The position numbers and the translations under genes were made by a program. From Pseudomonas sp. (GTDB lineage: Bacteria > Pseudomonadota > Gammaproteobacteria > Pseudomonadales > Pseudomonadaceae): a stretch of 64,000 nt of DNA. Shown here piece after piece: positions 1 to 8,975 of the stretch (the stretch's first letter is position 1; each line of letters starts with the position of its first letter). Location of the stretch: NCBI RefSeq assembly GCF_046581935.1, contig NZ_JAYGFK010000022.1:2540-66539 (forward strand), written 5' to 3'. The notes under the pieces are model-generated. The model had not been told where the DNA came from, did not search any database, and saw nothing but the letters and a program-made list of their open reading frames with translations.

Positions 1-1200
1 CGGCCTGGCGAGAAGGGCAACGCTCCGCTGCGTGAATTTGTTGCCAGGGCCAAGGCTCCGCCGCTTGATCTGGCCGCACCAGGTCTGCACATGGTGCTGT
101 ACAGCGATGTCCGCGGCTCATTGGAGGTAGGCAGTCCGATATTGTTTAAGCAGCTCAAAGTCGGTTCTGTACAAAGCTATCAGCTGTCACGGGATAACAA
201 GCAGGTGGCGTTTGGCGTGCACATCGAGCCTGAATACGCCCATCTGGTTAACACCAGCACACGATTCTGGAATGCCAGTGGCATCACCTTGAAAGGTGGG
301 CTGTCGGGCGTTGAGGTTAAGAGTGAGTCGTTACAAACCCTTTTGGCTGGCGGTATCGCATTTGAAACACCTAATCCGCAAGCTGCAAAGAGCGACAAGC
401 GGGTACAGCGTTTCAACCTGTACAGCAGTCAGGAAAGCGCTCTTGAAAAGGGCGTAGCGCTGACCATACGAGTTCCCCGTGGTGATGGCCTGAACCCCGG
501 TACGGCCATTCGCTACAAGGGGCTCGATGTTGGCAAGGTTGAGCGCATTGAGCTGACCGATGATCTGCAGGCGGTGATCCTCTATGCCCGGGTTACCCAG
601 GCAACGCAGCAGATCGCGCGCGCAGGCACGCAGTTTTGGGTGGTCAAGCCTGAGGTTAGCCTGACCCGTGCTGCCAATCTGGAGACGCTGGTCAGCGGTC
701 AGTACCTAGAGGTGCGCCCGGCCAATAAGCCAGGCGCTGCACAGGTGAAGTTTGTCGCGCTGAATTCGCCGCCGACAGAGAATGCCCGTGAAAATGGTTT
801 GCGCCTGGTATTGAGTGCTGCACGGCGTGGTTCGATCAAGCCCGGTGTGGTTGTCAGCTACCGCGAGGTGCCGGTGGGCAAGGTCACTGATTTTGAACTT
901 GGGCCGACCTCCGACCGCGTGCTGATCCATATTTTGATCGAGCCGCGTTATGCGCCGCTGGTCCGCAGCGGTAGCCGCTTCTGGAATGCCAGTGGCATTG
1001 GTGTGGATGCTGGCTTGTTCAGCGGCGTAAAAGTGCGCACCGAGTCGCTGGAGGCTTTGCTGGAGGGTGGGATCGCCTTTGCCTCACCGGATAACCCGCA
1101 GATGGGCGGCCCGGCGCAGCCAGGGCAGACCTTTGCCTTGCACGATGAGGTGAAGGAAGAGTGGTTACGCTGGGCGCCGAAGATTGCGCTAGAGAAATAA
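1..1200 (+). CDS. pqiB: PqiB/LetB-family multi-MCE (MlaD) domain intermembrane lipid transport protein, 5'-partial
   Basis: Frame is open from base 1 to TAA at 1200. Repeated MCE motifs (GSPILFKQLKVGSV, GTAIRYKGLDVGKV, GVVVSYREVPVGKV) and FWNASG...SLQTLLAGGIAF repeats. Confidence 0.85.
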   Translation, partial: RPGEKGNAPLREFVARAKAPPLDLAAPGLHMVLYSDVRGSLEVGSPILFKQLKVGSVQSYQLSRDNKQVAFGVHIEPEYAHLVNTSTRFWNASGITLKGGLSGVEVKSESLQTLLAGGIAFETPNPQAAKSDKRVQRFNLYSSQESALEKGVALTIRVPRGDGLNPGTAIRYKGLDVGKVERIELTDDLQAVILYARVTQATQQIARAGTQFWVVKPEVSLTRAANLETLVSGQYLEVRPANKPGAAQVKFVALNSPPTENARENGLRLVLSAARRGSIKPGVVVSYREVPVGKVTDFELGPTSDRVLIHILIEPRYAPLVRSGSRFWNASGIGVDAGLFSGVKVRTESLEALLEGGIAFASPDNPQMGGPAQPGQTFALHDEVKEEWLRWAPKIALEK

Positions 1201-1333
1201 CCGACAAGGGCCGCAATTGCGGCTCTTGTGGTTTGCGGTGTCCTGCTTGGCATCCTCTTGGTGGGTTACGCGGCGCGGCAAGATCTTCGTCGTTTGCCTA
1301 AGTGCGCATAGCGCCGCTAACCCACCCTACGCC

Positions 1334-4168
1334 TTAGACTGGCTCGGTTGCTGCAGTTGTGGTTTCAGCCTTGCTCTTGGTGCTGTCGCGGCGCTGAATA
1401 TATTTCCAATCCGCTTCGTCGATATAGATGCCATTTGGTCCGCTGCCGCCTTCCAGGTCGATGGCCACGTGGGCGGAGACCTGCGGCTTAACGGACGCCA
1501 GGATCGGCACGAAGCCCAACTGCAGGCTGGTTTCGATCAACGCCTGCTGGTTCTTCTCGTCGATATCCGCTGCCTCGTCCAGGTAGTAGGGCAAACGCAC
1601 CTTGCCGGCCTGGTCGCGGTCCATCAGGTGCAGCAACAGGTACATGTTGGTCAGCGCCTTGATGGTCATGGTGGTGCCGTTGGAGGCCGCGCCATCGATG
1701 TCGGTGTGAATAACCGGTTGGCCGTGCACCTTGGTGATCTCGAAGGCCAGTTCGAACAGGTCCTTCAAACCGAGTTGGTTATGGTTGGCGGCCACCAGGC
1801 GGGCCAGGTATTCCTTGGCTTCTTCGTTCTTGCTGTCCTGATCGCTGCTTTGCTGCAGGTCGAATACTGAGAGCGTTTCGCCTTCTTCGTACTGACCGGC
1901 GCTGTGGATGATCTGGTCGATATGCTTGAGCGCGTCCTTGTTCGGCGCGAGGACGATGCGGAAGCTCTCCAGGTTGGAAACCTGGCGCTTGTTGATCTCG
2001 CGGTTGAACAGCGCCAACTGGTGTTCCAGGTTGTCGTAGTCGCTGCGGATGTTGCGCAGGGTACGGGCGATGTCGGTAACCGCGGCGCGGCGCGCTTTAG
2101 CCAAGGTGATGGCTTCGTCCTGGCGGTGGGCGTAGGCGTTGACCAGCAGATGCAGGCGGCGCTCGACATCGTCTTCGCTGTCGAACTTGGCCACGCCTTT
2201 CAGGCGCACTTGCGCGTACAGCGCCTCGATCTGCCCGTCAACACGCTGCAGGCCTTGCCAGGCGTCTTGGTAGTCATTGAGCAGCGGCAGCAAGTTGTCC
2301 AGGCTGTCGTCCACTGGGTCGGTAAAGGGGGTGCCGAAGGGCAGGTCGGCCGGCAGCAGTTGGCGGCGGCGTAGGGCGTCTTCCAGGGTGCGTTCCTTGG
2401 CTTCCAGGTCGGCGAGTTGGCGGCCGACCAGTTGCAGCTTGGCGGAGAGCTGCTGCACGCGCTCGGTAAAGGCATCCGAGGCGCGCTTGAGTTCGTCCTG
2501 GGCGGCTTCCAACTGGGCCAGCTGCTCAAGCTTCTGCGGCTCTTCAACGGCCAGGGTCTGGCTTTTGCGGAAGTCTTCCAGGGCTTTCTGCGCATCCAGC
2601 ACAGCTTGGTAAAACTGCTCGGCCTGGGCCTTGCTGGCGGCGCGGTCGGCGGCGACAGCCTGCTGGGTTTTCAGCTGTTTGTATTCGCGGTCGAGGCGAT
2701 CTTTCTGGTCGCGTAGGGCGGCGCGGTCGGCCAGTGCTTGCAAGGCCGGTGGCTCGATATGCGACAGATCGATGGACAGACCCGGCACTTCGAAGTGCTC
2801 GCCTTTAAAACCATCGAGAATGGCTTCTAGGGATTTCACCCAGGCGTCGCCTTCGGCAACCTGAATACCGTTCTCGCCTAATGGCAGGCTGAACAACTGG
2901 CCATTGAACAGGCGCATCAAGCGATCAACGTCCTGTTGGCTGAATTCTTCACGCAGGCGTGAATAGCTGTTGTTGTCGGCGTGTTCGAGCTGCTGCTTGA
3001 CCGATTTCAGGCGTTTTTCCAGATCACGCAGGCGCTCGTCCAGATCTTCGGCGGAGAACTGCCGCGACTGCGCCAGGGCGCCGGCGAGTTCGTCGTGGGC
3101 ATCTTTGGCTACCAACAGCTGCTCTTCCAGCACTTTGGCGTCGTTGACCAGGGCGAAGCGGTTCTTCAGTACCGACAGCTCGCCAAGCCAGCGTTGGATT
3201 TCGCTGATTTCGCGCTCCATGCGCATCAGCTCTTGGGTGCCGCCACGTTGTTCCTGCTGCAGGCCGTCTTGTTCGCCACGGTAGTGTTCGGCCTGGATTA
3301 CAAGTTCTTCGCGGCGGGCTCCGGCGTAGTCCTGCCAGGTGCCGAGCAGCGAGTCGAGCAGTGGTGAGATGCGGTGCAGTTTGCCGCGCAGCAGTTCGCG
3401 TTGATTGACGCCGGCAGCCAGGGCTTCGATCAGCGGGCCGGCAGTGACCAGCGCTTGGTAGTCCTGCTCCATGCGGCGTACATCGCGGAAGGCTTCTTCG
3501 GTGGCGGCGATGTAGTCGACGCTGCCCGAGCGCAAGCTGTGCTCGAACGCATCAAGGAACAGCTGCTTGAGCTTGGCGGCGGTGATCTCGCGCATATGCA
3601 GCAGGTTGATAAACAGTGCGCGGAAGGTCTTCAGGCTCTGTTCGCTGGTGGAGCGCAGAGGGATCAGGGTCAGATCCAGCGGAATCGAGGTATGCCCGCC
3701 GACCAGAAGGCGGCGTAGTTCTTCGGGTTTCAGCTCATAGGCCTTGATGCCTTCGCGCTCAAGGTTATTGAATAGCTCGCGCTGGCGTAGGCAGGTGCCG
3801 TTTTTCTGGTAGTGCTCTAGATCCAGCGTGCCCTGATAGGCGAAGAACTGGTGACCGAAACCGCCACCTGGGCCGCGTCCGGCTACACCGATTACGTGCG
3901 GACCGTGGGGCAGGGCGACTTCGACAAGGATGTAGCTGGTGTCGCTGGCGAAGTAGAACTTGCGCGACTGCTCCAGGCTGTATTTGCCGAAGCTCATGTC
4001 CGACATGCGCGCCAGAATCGGAAATTGCAGGGCGTTGATCGAGGCGGATTTACCCAGGTTGTTGGCACCGTAAACCGATAACGGGTGTTCCAGCGGGAAC
4101 AGACCAAGGCTGTAGCCGGCGGTATTCAGTAGGGCGAAGCGGCGGATGCCGTAGCGTTCCTGGCTCAT
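1334..4168 (-). CDS. mksB: SMC-like condensin ATPase subunit of MksBEF (MksB in the literature; some pipelines name the large subunit MksF)
   Basis: 944 aa. Walker A GANNLGKS, long coiled coil, signature-like AASNGT, Walker B YYLDEAADID. ATGA overlap with mksE. Confidence 0.9.
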   Translation of the reverse strand: MSQERYGIRRFALLNTAGYSLGLFPLEHPLSVYGANNLGKSASINALQFPILARMSDMSFGKYSLEQSRKFYFASDTSYILVEVALPHGPHVIGVAGRGPGGGFGHQFFAYQGTLDLEHYQKNGTCLRQRELFNNLEREGIKAYELKPEELRRLLVGGHTSIPLDLTLIPLRSTSEQSLKTFRALFINLLHMREITAAKLKQLFLDAFEHSLRSGSVDYIAATEEAFRDVRRMEQDYQALVTAGPLIEALAAGVNQRELLRGKLHRISPLLDSLLGTWQDYAGARREELVIQAEHYRGEQDGLQQEQRGGTQELMRMEREISEIQRWLGELSVLKNRFALVNDAKVLEEQLLVAKDAHDELAGALAQSRQFSAEDLDERLRDLEKRLKSVKQQLEHADNNSYSRLREEFSQQDVDRLMRLFNGQLFSLPLGENGIQVAEGDAWVKSLEAILDGFKGEHFEVPGLSIDLSHIEPPALQALADRAALRDQKDRLDREYKQLKTQQAVAADRAASKAQAEQFYQAVLDAQKALEDFRKSQTLAVEEPQKLEQLAQLEAAQDELKRASDAFTERVQQLSAKLQLVGRQLADLEAKERTLEDALRRRQLLPADLPFGTPFTDPVDDSLDNLLPLLNDYQDAWQGLQRVDGQIEALYAQVRLKGVAKFDSEDDVERRLHLLVNAYAHRQDEAITLAKARRAAVTDIARTLRNIRSDYDNLEHQLALFNREINKRQVSNLESFRIVLAPNKDALKHIDQIIHSAGQYEEGETLSVFDLQQSSDQDSKNEEAKEYLARLVAANHNQLGLKDLFELAFEITKVHGQPVIHTDIDGAASNGTTMTIKALTNMYLLLHLMDRDQAGKVRLPYYLDEAADIDEKNQQALIETSLQLGFVPILASVKPQVSAHVAIDLEGGSGPNGIYIDEADWKYIQRRDSTKSKAETTTAATEPV

Positions 4169-4728
4169 GCGCGGGTCTCCTGGGCGTCACGTTCTTCGGC
4201 CATGGCGCGGTCTTGCTGCACACTCAGGCACACATCAAGGAAGCGGTGCATGGGCGCGAGGAAGCGGTAGATGCCGTTGTCTTCGCTGGCAAAACCGAGC
4301 TGGGTCAGGCGGCGCATGATTTTTTCTTCCAGCTCCTCAACGCTGGTGACTTCAGCCTGGAGGAACAGGTCGCGGTACTTGTCGAGCAAGGCTGGCAGTT
4401 CATCACGGCCGAGGCTACCGCCGTCGAGTACGGCCAGCGGGTCGCGGCCTTGGTCGGCCAGGTGTTCCACCAGAATGAAGGTGAACAGCGCCAGACGCTG
4501 GGCGGTCTTGTTGACCTGTGCCCCCATTTGCTCGGGAACGAAATAGTAGAAACCCCGGCTGTCGCAGGTCAGCTCATAGCCGAGGGCTTTGAACAGGCTG
4601 CGGTACTGATCCTGCTGGCTGGCCAGTTGGGTATACAGCTCCGGGTTGCTACGGCTGATGTGGTAGCCCTTGAACAGCTCGCGGAAAATCGGCGCGAGCT
4701 GGGTGAGTTCTTTCAGGTCGATATTCAT
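4165..4728 (-). CDS. mksE: MksE condensin subunit (short C-terminus)
   Basis: 187 aa, MNIDLKELTQLAPIFRELFKGYHISR. Middle gene of the coupled three-gene operon. Confidence 0.85.
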   Translation of the reverse strand: MNIDLKELTQLAPIFRELFKGYHISRSNPELYTQLASQQDQYRSLFKALGYELTCDSRGFYYFVPEQMGAQVNKTAQRLALFTFILVEHLADQGRDPLAVLDGGSLGRDELPALLDKYRDLFLQAEVTSVEELEEKIMRRLTQLGFASEDNGIYRFLAPMHRFLDVCLSVQQDRAMAEERDAQETRA

Positions 4729-5975
4729 ACGGTGGTAGTCCCGGCCGGCTTGATCAGGGCAAAGGAGCTCAGGCTGACCTGATGCTCGCGGGTGAGGTAG
4801 TCGCGGCGCTCAAGGCGCTCGCGCTGGAAGCGGCCGTCGCGCGATAAGCGCGAGAACCAGTAGAGCAATTCGTCGGTCGCGCCTTCGGGCTCCTGCTCCA
4901 GCAGCCAGACCATCAGGTCCGGCAACGGTAGGGCCTGTTCGCAGCGCTCGATCATCTCGCGTGCGGTACGCGGTGCGCGCGGGGCTTCGCCCTTGCGGCT
5001 GCTGTGCGCTTTAGGGAACTGCGCCGGTTTGGGTTCGAAACGGGCCAGGGCATACACATAGGCCTCGACCTGCGAGGCGGTGCCGAGAAACGTGCTTTGC
5101 GGACGACTGAACAGCGGCAGCGAGGCCTGCGGCACGGCGTCCAGCCCCTTTTTGCGGATCGCCGCCAGAGCCAGGGCTGCGCCACGGGTCACGGCGTTAT
5201 GCCGGCGGGCTTCTTCACGCAGCGGCAACAGCAGCTCGCGGGCGCGGCGCAGGGTCAGCTGGGCGGTGGTCTGCATTTCCAGGATGCGCGCATGGGTGCG
5301 CAGCAGCAGGTCGTCGTCCACCAGTTGGCCGAGGCGCTGCTGTTCGCCGAGCAGGCGCAACAGCACGTGCTCGACGCGGTACACGCCTTGTTCAAAGGCG
5401 CCGTCAGCGGCGACCAGTTGGATCATCGGTTCGACGTATTCATCCCAAGTCGCCAGCACTTCGGCATAACGCTGACGCAGGGGAATCTGCCGGTCGCTGG
5501 TCTTGGCGCGTTCGGCCACGGCGACCAGCGCCTGCTCGTCATTGGCCAGCTTCTTCAAGACATCGCGCACGCGCATATCGAGCAAACGCAGCTGCCGCGC
5601 GAGATCGGCGGCGTCGCGTACCTCGAAAGCGTCCTTGATATAGCCGGCCAGGCGCTCCAGGTGGCGCAAGTAAGCTTCGATCTCCAGGCACAGGCCCAGG
5701 CGATGTTCGCGGCGCAGGTAAGCGAGGAAGTCGTGGATCTGCGCGTTTAGCTCGAAGCGGTTGGGGCTTTTGGCCACCGGCACCAGGATATCCAGGCGGA
5801 TCCATTGGTCGAGCAGGGCGGTGACATCGGTTGGCGTGCCATCGGGCAACTGCGCGGTGAGCTGATTACGCAGCTCTACCAGGCTCAGGGTGCCGGCATC
5901 GAAGCGTTCGCACAGCGGCTCAAGCAACGTCCAGTGTTCAGCAAGGGCGCGCAGTACGCGCTTGGGGTCAATCAT
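4725..5975 (-). CDS. mksF: MksF kleisin-type condensin subunit
   Basis: Likely start MIDPKRVLRALAEHW at 5975 (416 aa). First gene of the operon, overlapping mksE. Confidence 0.85.
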   Translation of the reverse strand: MIDPKRVLRALAEHWTLLEPLCERFDAGTLSLVELRNQLTAQLPDGTPTDVTALLDQWIRLDILVPVAKSPNRFELNAQIHDFLAYLRREHRLGLCLEIEAYLRHLERLAGYIKDAFEVRDAADLARQLRLLDMRVRDVLKKLANDEQALVAVAERAKTSDRQIPLRQRYAEVLATWDEYVEPMIQLVAADGAFEQGVYRVEHVLLRLLGEQQRLGQLVDDDLLLRTHARILEMQTTAQLTLRRARELLLPLREEARRHNAVTRGAALALAAIRKKGLDAVPQASLPLFSRPQSTFLGTASQVEAYVYALARFEPKPAQFPKAHSSRKGEAPRAPRTAREMIERCEQALPLPDLMVWLLEQEPEGATDELLYWFSRLSRDGRFQRERLERRDYLTREHQVSLSSFALIKPAGTTTV

Positions 5976-6264
5976 CGGGGCATCCGCTCTGCGAGCTGTT
6001 CGCAAAAAAACGCCGATTGTACTGCATGGCGCGGCCAAGACCTGAGTGTCAGTCATCGTCTATAGGGCTTGCTTGGGCCGGTGTAACCGCCGATGGGGCG
6101 TTGGGTAACAGTATGGCGGCAGCCCGCGCCTAACCGAGTGAAGGGTTTCGGATTTTTCTCGACTATGGGTTGGCACGTTTAGGCGGTTGTTTTTTTATAG
6201 TGCTAATCAAGGCGTGGAGTCCGCAGTACTCCGCCATTCAAATAAGAACGACAGGGAATCAGCC

Positions 6265-7320
6265 ATGCGTCCGCCTCTTGGTTTTGTCCGAACTACGCTT
6301 GCCTTGCTCTGCGCTGGATTAATCAGCACTGCTGCTCATGCCAAGATGGTCGAGTTGGCGGATACCGAGTTGTCGGAAGTCACCGGCCAGGCCTTTATCA
6401 ACCTGACGACTGATAGCAACGCCGGTATCGATTACACCCGAGTCAATTTCGGTGTGAATGTCGACACCCAGTTGAATATGAAGAAGTTGCAGCTTGGCCA
6501 ATACAACGATTCGGTGACTCGCCCAGGCGAGGCGTCGGGTTCTTCTGACATCCTGATCAATAATTTCGCATTGGGTACGGTAAACGCCGACGACACTATT
6601 AACCCGTTCAAAGTCGCCAACCCTTATCTGGAGCTGGCTTATTCGGGCAATAAGGTGGTGGGGGTGCGCATTGGTTTTGGTGAAGCCAAAGGCACCCTGT
6701 CCGGGGATATTCAGAGCCTGACGGGCAATATCCCGGTGCATATCAAGGGCACTGCCGATGCGGTGTATAACAGCGCCAATGGTTTGCAGCGGACAGCACT
6801 GTTTTTGGGCGGTATTTACCGTACCAGCGTGCTGGAGGCGGATGCTCAGTTGGTGGCATCTGACGGCACCGCAGACCCCATTCGTGCCGGTATGTCGGGG
6901 ATCAAAAATGGCGACGGCCTAGAGTGCACCAGTGGCTGCTTGCCGGGGATATCCGATGCGGCGCTGGCAATCATCAAGTCTAATGGCTGTGCCCTTCTCG
7001 GCATCCAGACGTGTTTCTCGTTGTCGCAATTCCAGTCGCTGCCCGTGGGCAATATGGCGGTCAATGATTCCGCTGCTACCTCCGCCATTGAGGGGGCTGC
7101 CAAAGGCTTCTTTATTTCCATGCAAACCCAGGATGTTGCCTGGCGTGACATGGATAGCAATGCATTGATCAATACCTTGAAAGGGGCCTTTATGAATTTG
7201 CCCAAGTACCGTGATGCCAACGGCAACATGGTGGCCCCGATCAATATCGACTTCGAACAGGCGTTTAATGGTATCCCGCGCCAGGACACCTGTCTGGGCA
7301 CAGCCACTTCGGGGTGCTGA
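6265..7320 (+). CDS. Secreted DUF6160/FilA-like protein 1 (351 aa)
   Basis: ATG at 6265 after AGGGA. Sec signal ending AAHA, then KMVELADTELSEVTGQA. Gly/Asn/Ser-rich beta-type composition with several Cys pairs. Confidence 0.75.
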   Translation: MRPPLGFVRTTLALLCAGLISTAAHAKMVELADTELSEVTGQAFINLTTDSNAGIDYTRVNFGVNVDTQLNMKKLQLGQYNDSVTRPGEASGSSDILINNFALGTVNADDTINPFKVANPYLELAYSGNKVVGVRIGFGEAKGTLSGDIQSLTGNIPVHIKGTADAVYNSANGLQRTALFLGGIYRTSVLEADAQLVASDGTADPIRAGMSGIKNGDGLECTSGCLPGISDAALAIIKSNGCALLGIQTCFSLSQFQSLPVGNMAVNDSAATSAIEGAAKGFFISMQTQDVAWRDMDSNALINTLKGAFMNLPKYRDANGNMVAPINIDFEQAFNGIPRQDTCLGTATSGC

Positions 7321-7322
7321 TC

Positions 7323-8369
7323 ATGCGAGCGCTAAATGCGGTTGTTGCGTTGATGCTGTTGTCGGGCGTGGCCCAGGCAGAGATGCAGGCGTTGGATGAC
7401 CAGGAGCTGTCTGCCGTCCAGGGTGCTGGGTTGGGTTTGGTCTTGGACGGGATCCTGCTGGATGCGAGCGGTGCGGTGATCACCATCAATGACATCAATA
7501 ACGGTTCGGGGCAGAACGTGCCGATTGCCGTGAAGGAGTTTTATCTAGGGGCTGCTGGCAGTAATAAAGGGGCGAACCTTAATCCGGTAAATATTGGTCG
7601 GCTAGAGCATCCGTTTGAAGTCAATTTGGCCAAAGGCGAGAGCCTGCGCACGCTGCGTGATGATGGGCAGTGGGTGCAGACCACGCCGAGCAATGTCAGT
7701 GTGCTGGAGTTCAAATTTCCCGAGCGGTTGACCGGTGCTGCTGGGCAGGCTTGTATCAGCGGTTATGCCGCTGCCGGGAGTAACTGCTCCAGCCGCGCCT
7801 CCGAGCGCGTCGACATGGGTATTCGCTTCGACTTCCAGGTCGCTGCCGGGCGTACCGACATCATCAACCTCGACATCAGTGAGCTGGTTATGGATGGCAG
7901 TTACCTGCGGCTATGGGGTGATGATCCCCGGGGGCAACTGGTAGGCGAGGCGCGGGTGAATATTTTTGCCAAGAGTCTGCAATTGATGTCCTGCGCGGCC
8001 GGGACGGCCAACTGCAGCAGTGAGCAAGAACAGCTCGCGCGTACTCTGACGCTCGGGAATGCCTACGCCAGTATTTCCCTCGGTTATGGCAAAAGCCAAC
8101 CGCTGCTGTTCAATGTCAGCAGCAACGGTCAGTTTGTCCTGGAGCTGCCTAACCCGGTAACCCGCGCGGCCAACGGCAGTGCACGCTCGGCGGCAGAGCG
8201 CAATACGATTGCCAGCGACTTCTATGCCAATGCCCCGCGTACCAATATCGTGATCGATAACCTCAAGTCAGGTAACGGCAGCTTTGCCAGTGGCGGTTAT
8301 AACTTTGGCTATAACGCCATTCAGGGGCTCAGCATCAACTACCTGAAGGTGACCAGCCATGATCTGTAA
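7323..8369 (+). CDS. Secreted DUF6160/FilA-like protein 2 (348 aa)
   Basis: ATG 2 nt after the previous stop. Signal ending VAQA, then EMQALDDQELSAVQGAG. Cys-bounded loops. Confidence 0.75.
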   Translation: MRALNAVVALMLLSGVAQAEMQALDDQELSAVQGAGLGLVLDGILLDASGAVITINDINNGSGQNVPIAVKEFYLGAAGSNKGANLNPVNIGRLEHPFEVNLAKGESLRTLRDDGQWVQTTPSNVSVLEFKFPERLTGAAGQACISGYAAAGSNCSSRASERVDMGIRFDFQVAAGRTDIINLDISELVMDGSYLRLWGDDPRGQLVGEARVNIFAKSLQLMSCAAGTANCSSEQEQLARTLTLGNAYASISLGYGKSQPLLFNVSSNGQFVLELPNPVTRAANGSARSAAERNTIASDFYANAPRTNIVIDNLKSGNGSFASGGYNFGYNAIQGLSINYLKVTSHDL

Positions 8370-8964
8370 AGCCGGATTGATCATCGGTGCGTTACTGGCC
8401 TTGCCGGCCTATGCCGAGATGCAGGCGCTCGACGATGCCACGTTAAGCACGCTGAACGGCCAGGGCGGGGTTTATCTGTCGGGCGAGCTCAGCATCAACA
8501 AGGATGGCGGCGTGCTGTGGAACACACCAGCCAGCAATAACCCCAGTACCTGGACGGCGGGCCAGCGCAGTTGCGCCACCGCGGGCGCCAGTACGCCAGA
8601 AAACTGTGGCATGCGTATCGCGATTCGCGCCGAGGCTGCTGGCGGTTGGTATGTGCTGGACAACCTCAAGGGTGTGTTCAGCTTTGAAGGGCTGACGCTG
8701 CGTACCCGCACCATCAACAGCGGCTTCAATGGTGACGGGACGGCCTTTAATCAGGACGTTCTGGAGTTCGGTTTACCCAATGAGGTGAAGTTCAAAGATG
8801 GCAGCTTTGCCTTTGGCGTTGCCAACCAGGGCGGCTGGCAGAACAAGTCGTTGAGTGCAGCGAATGGCGGCAACCCGTCTTACCAGCAGACCAATATATT
8901 CTCGGCAAAGATCGATGGATCGATCCGTATGCAGGGCAACTTACTGGTCTTTCCGACGAACTGA
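8359..8964 (+). CDS. Secreted DUF6160/FilA-like protein 3 (201 aa)
   Basis: Overlaps the previous gene by 11 nt. Signal ending PAYA, then EMQALDDATLSTLNGQGG. Ends NLLVFPTN. Confidence 0.75.
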   Translation: MICKAGLIIGALLALPAYAEMQALDDATLSTLNGQGGVYLSGELSINKDGGVLWNTPASNNPSTWTAGQRSCATAGASTPENCGMRIAIRAEAAGGWYVLDNLKGVFSFEGLTLRTRTINSGFNGDGTAFNQDVLEFGLPNEVKFKDGSFAFGVANQGGWQNKSLSAANGGNPSYQQTNIFSAKIDGSIRMQGNLLVFPTN

Positions 8965-8975
8965 GGAGCTGAGCC

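Noticed and set aside
1334-5975. Wadjet (JetABCD) anti-plasmid system
   Set aside because: Only three genes with no MksG/JetD nuclease, in the conserved chromosomal position of housekeeping MksBEF.
6171-6186. Possible sigma-54 promoter (TGGCACG...) upstream of the DUF6160 cluster
   Set aside because: The GC dinucleotide is 9 nt, not 10 nt, from the GG, and the -12 TTGC is absent; sigma-54 spacing is strict.
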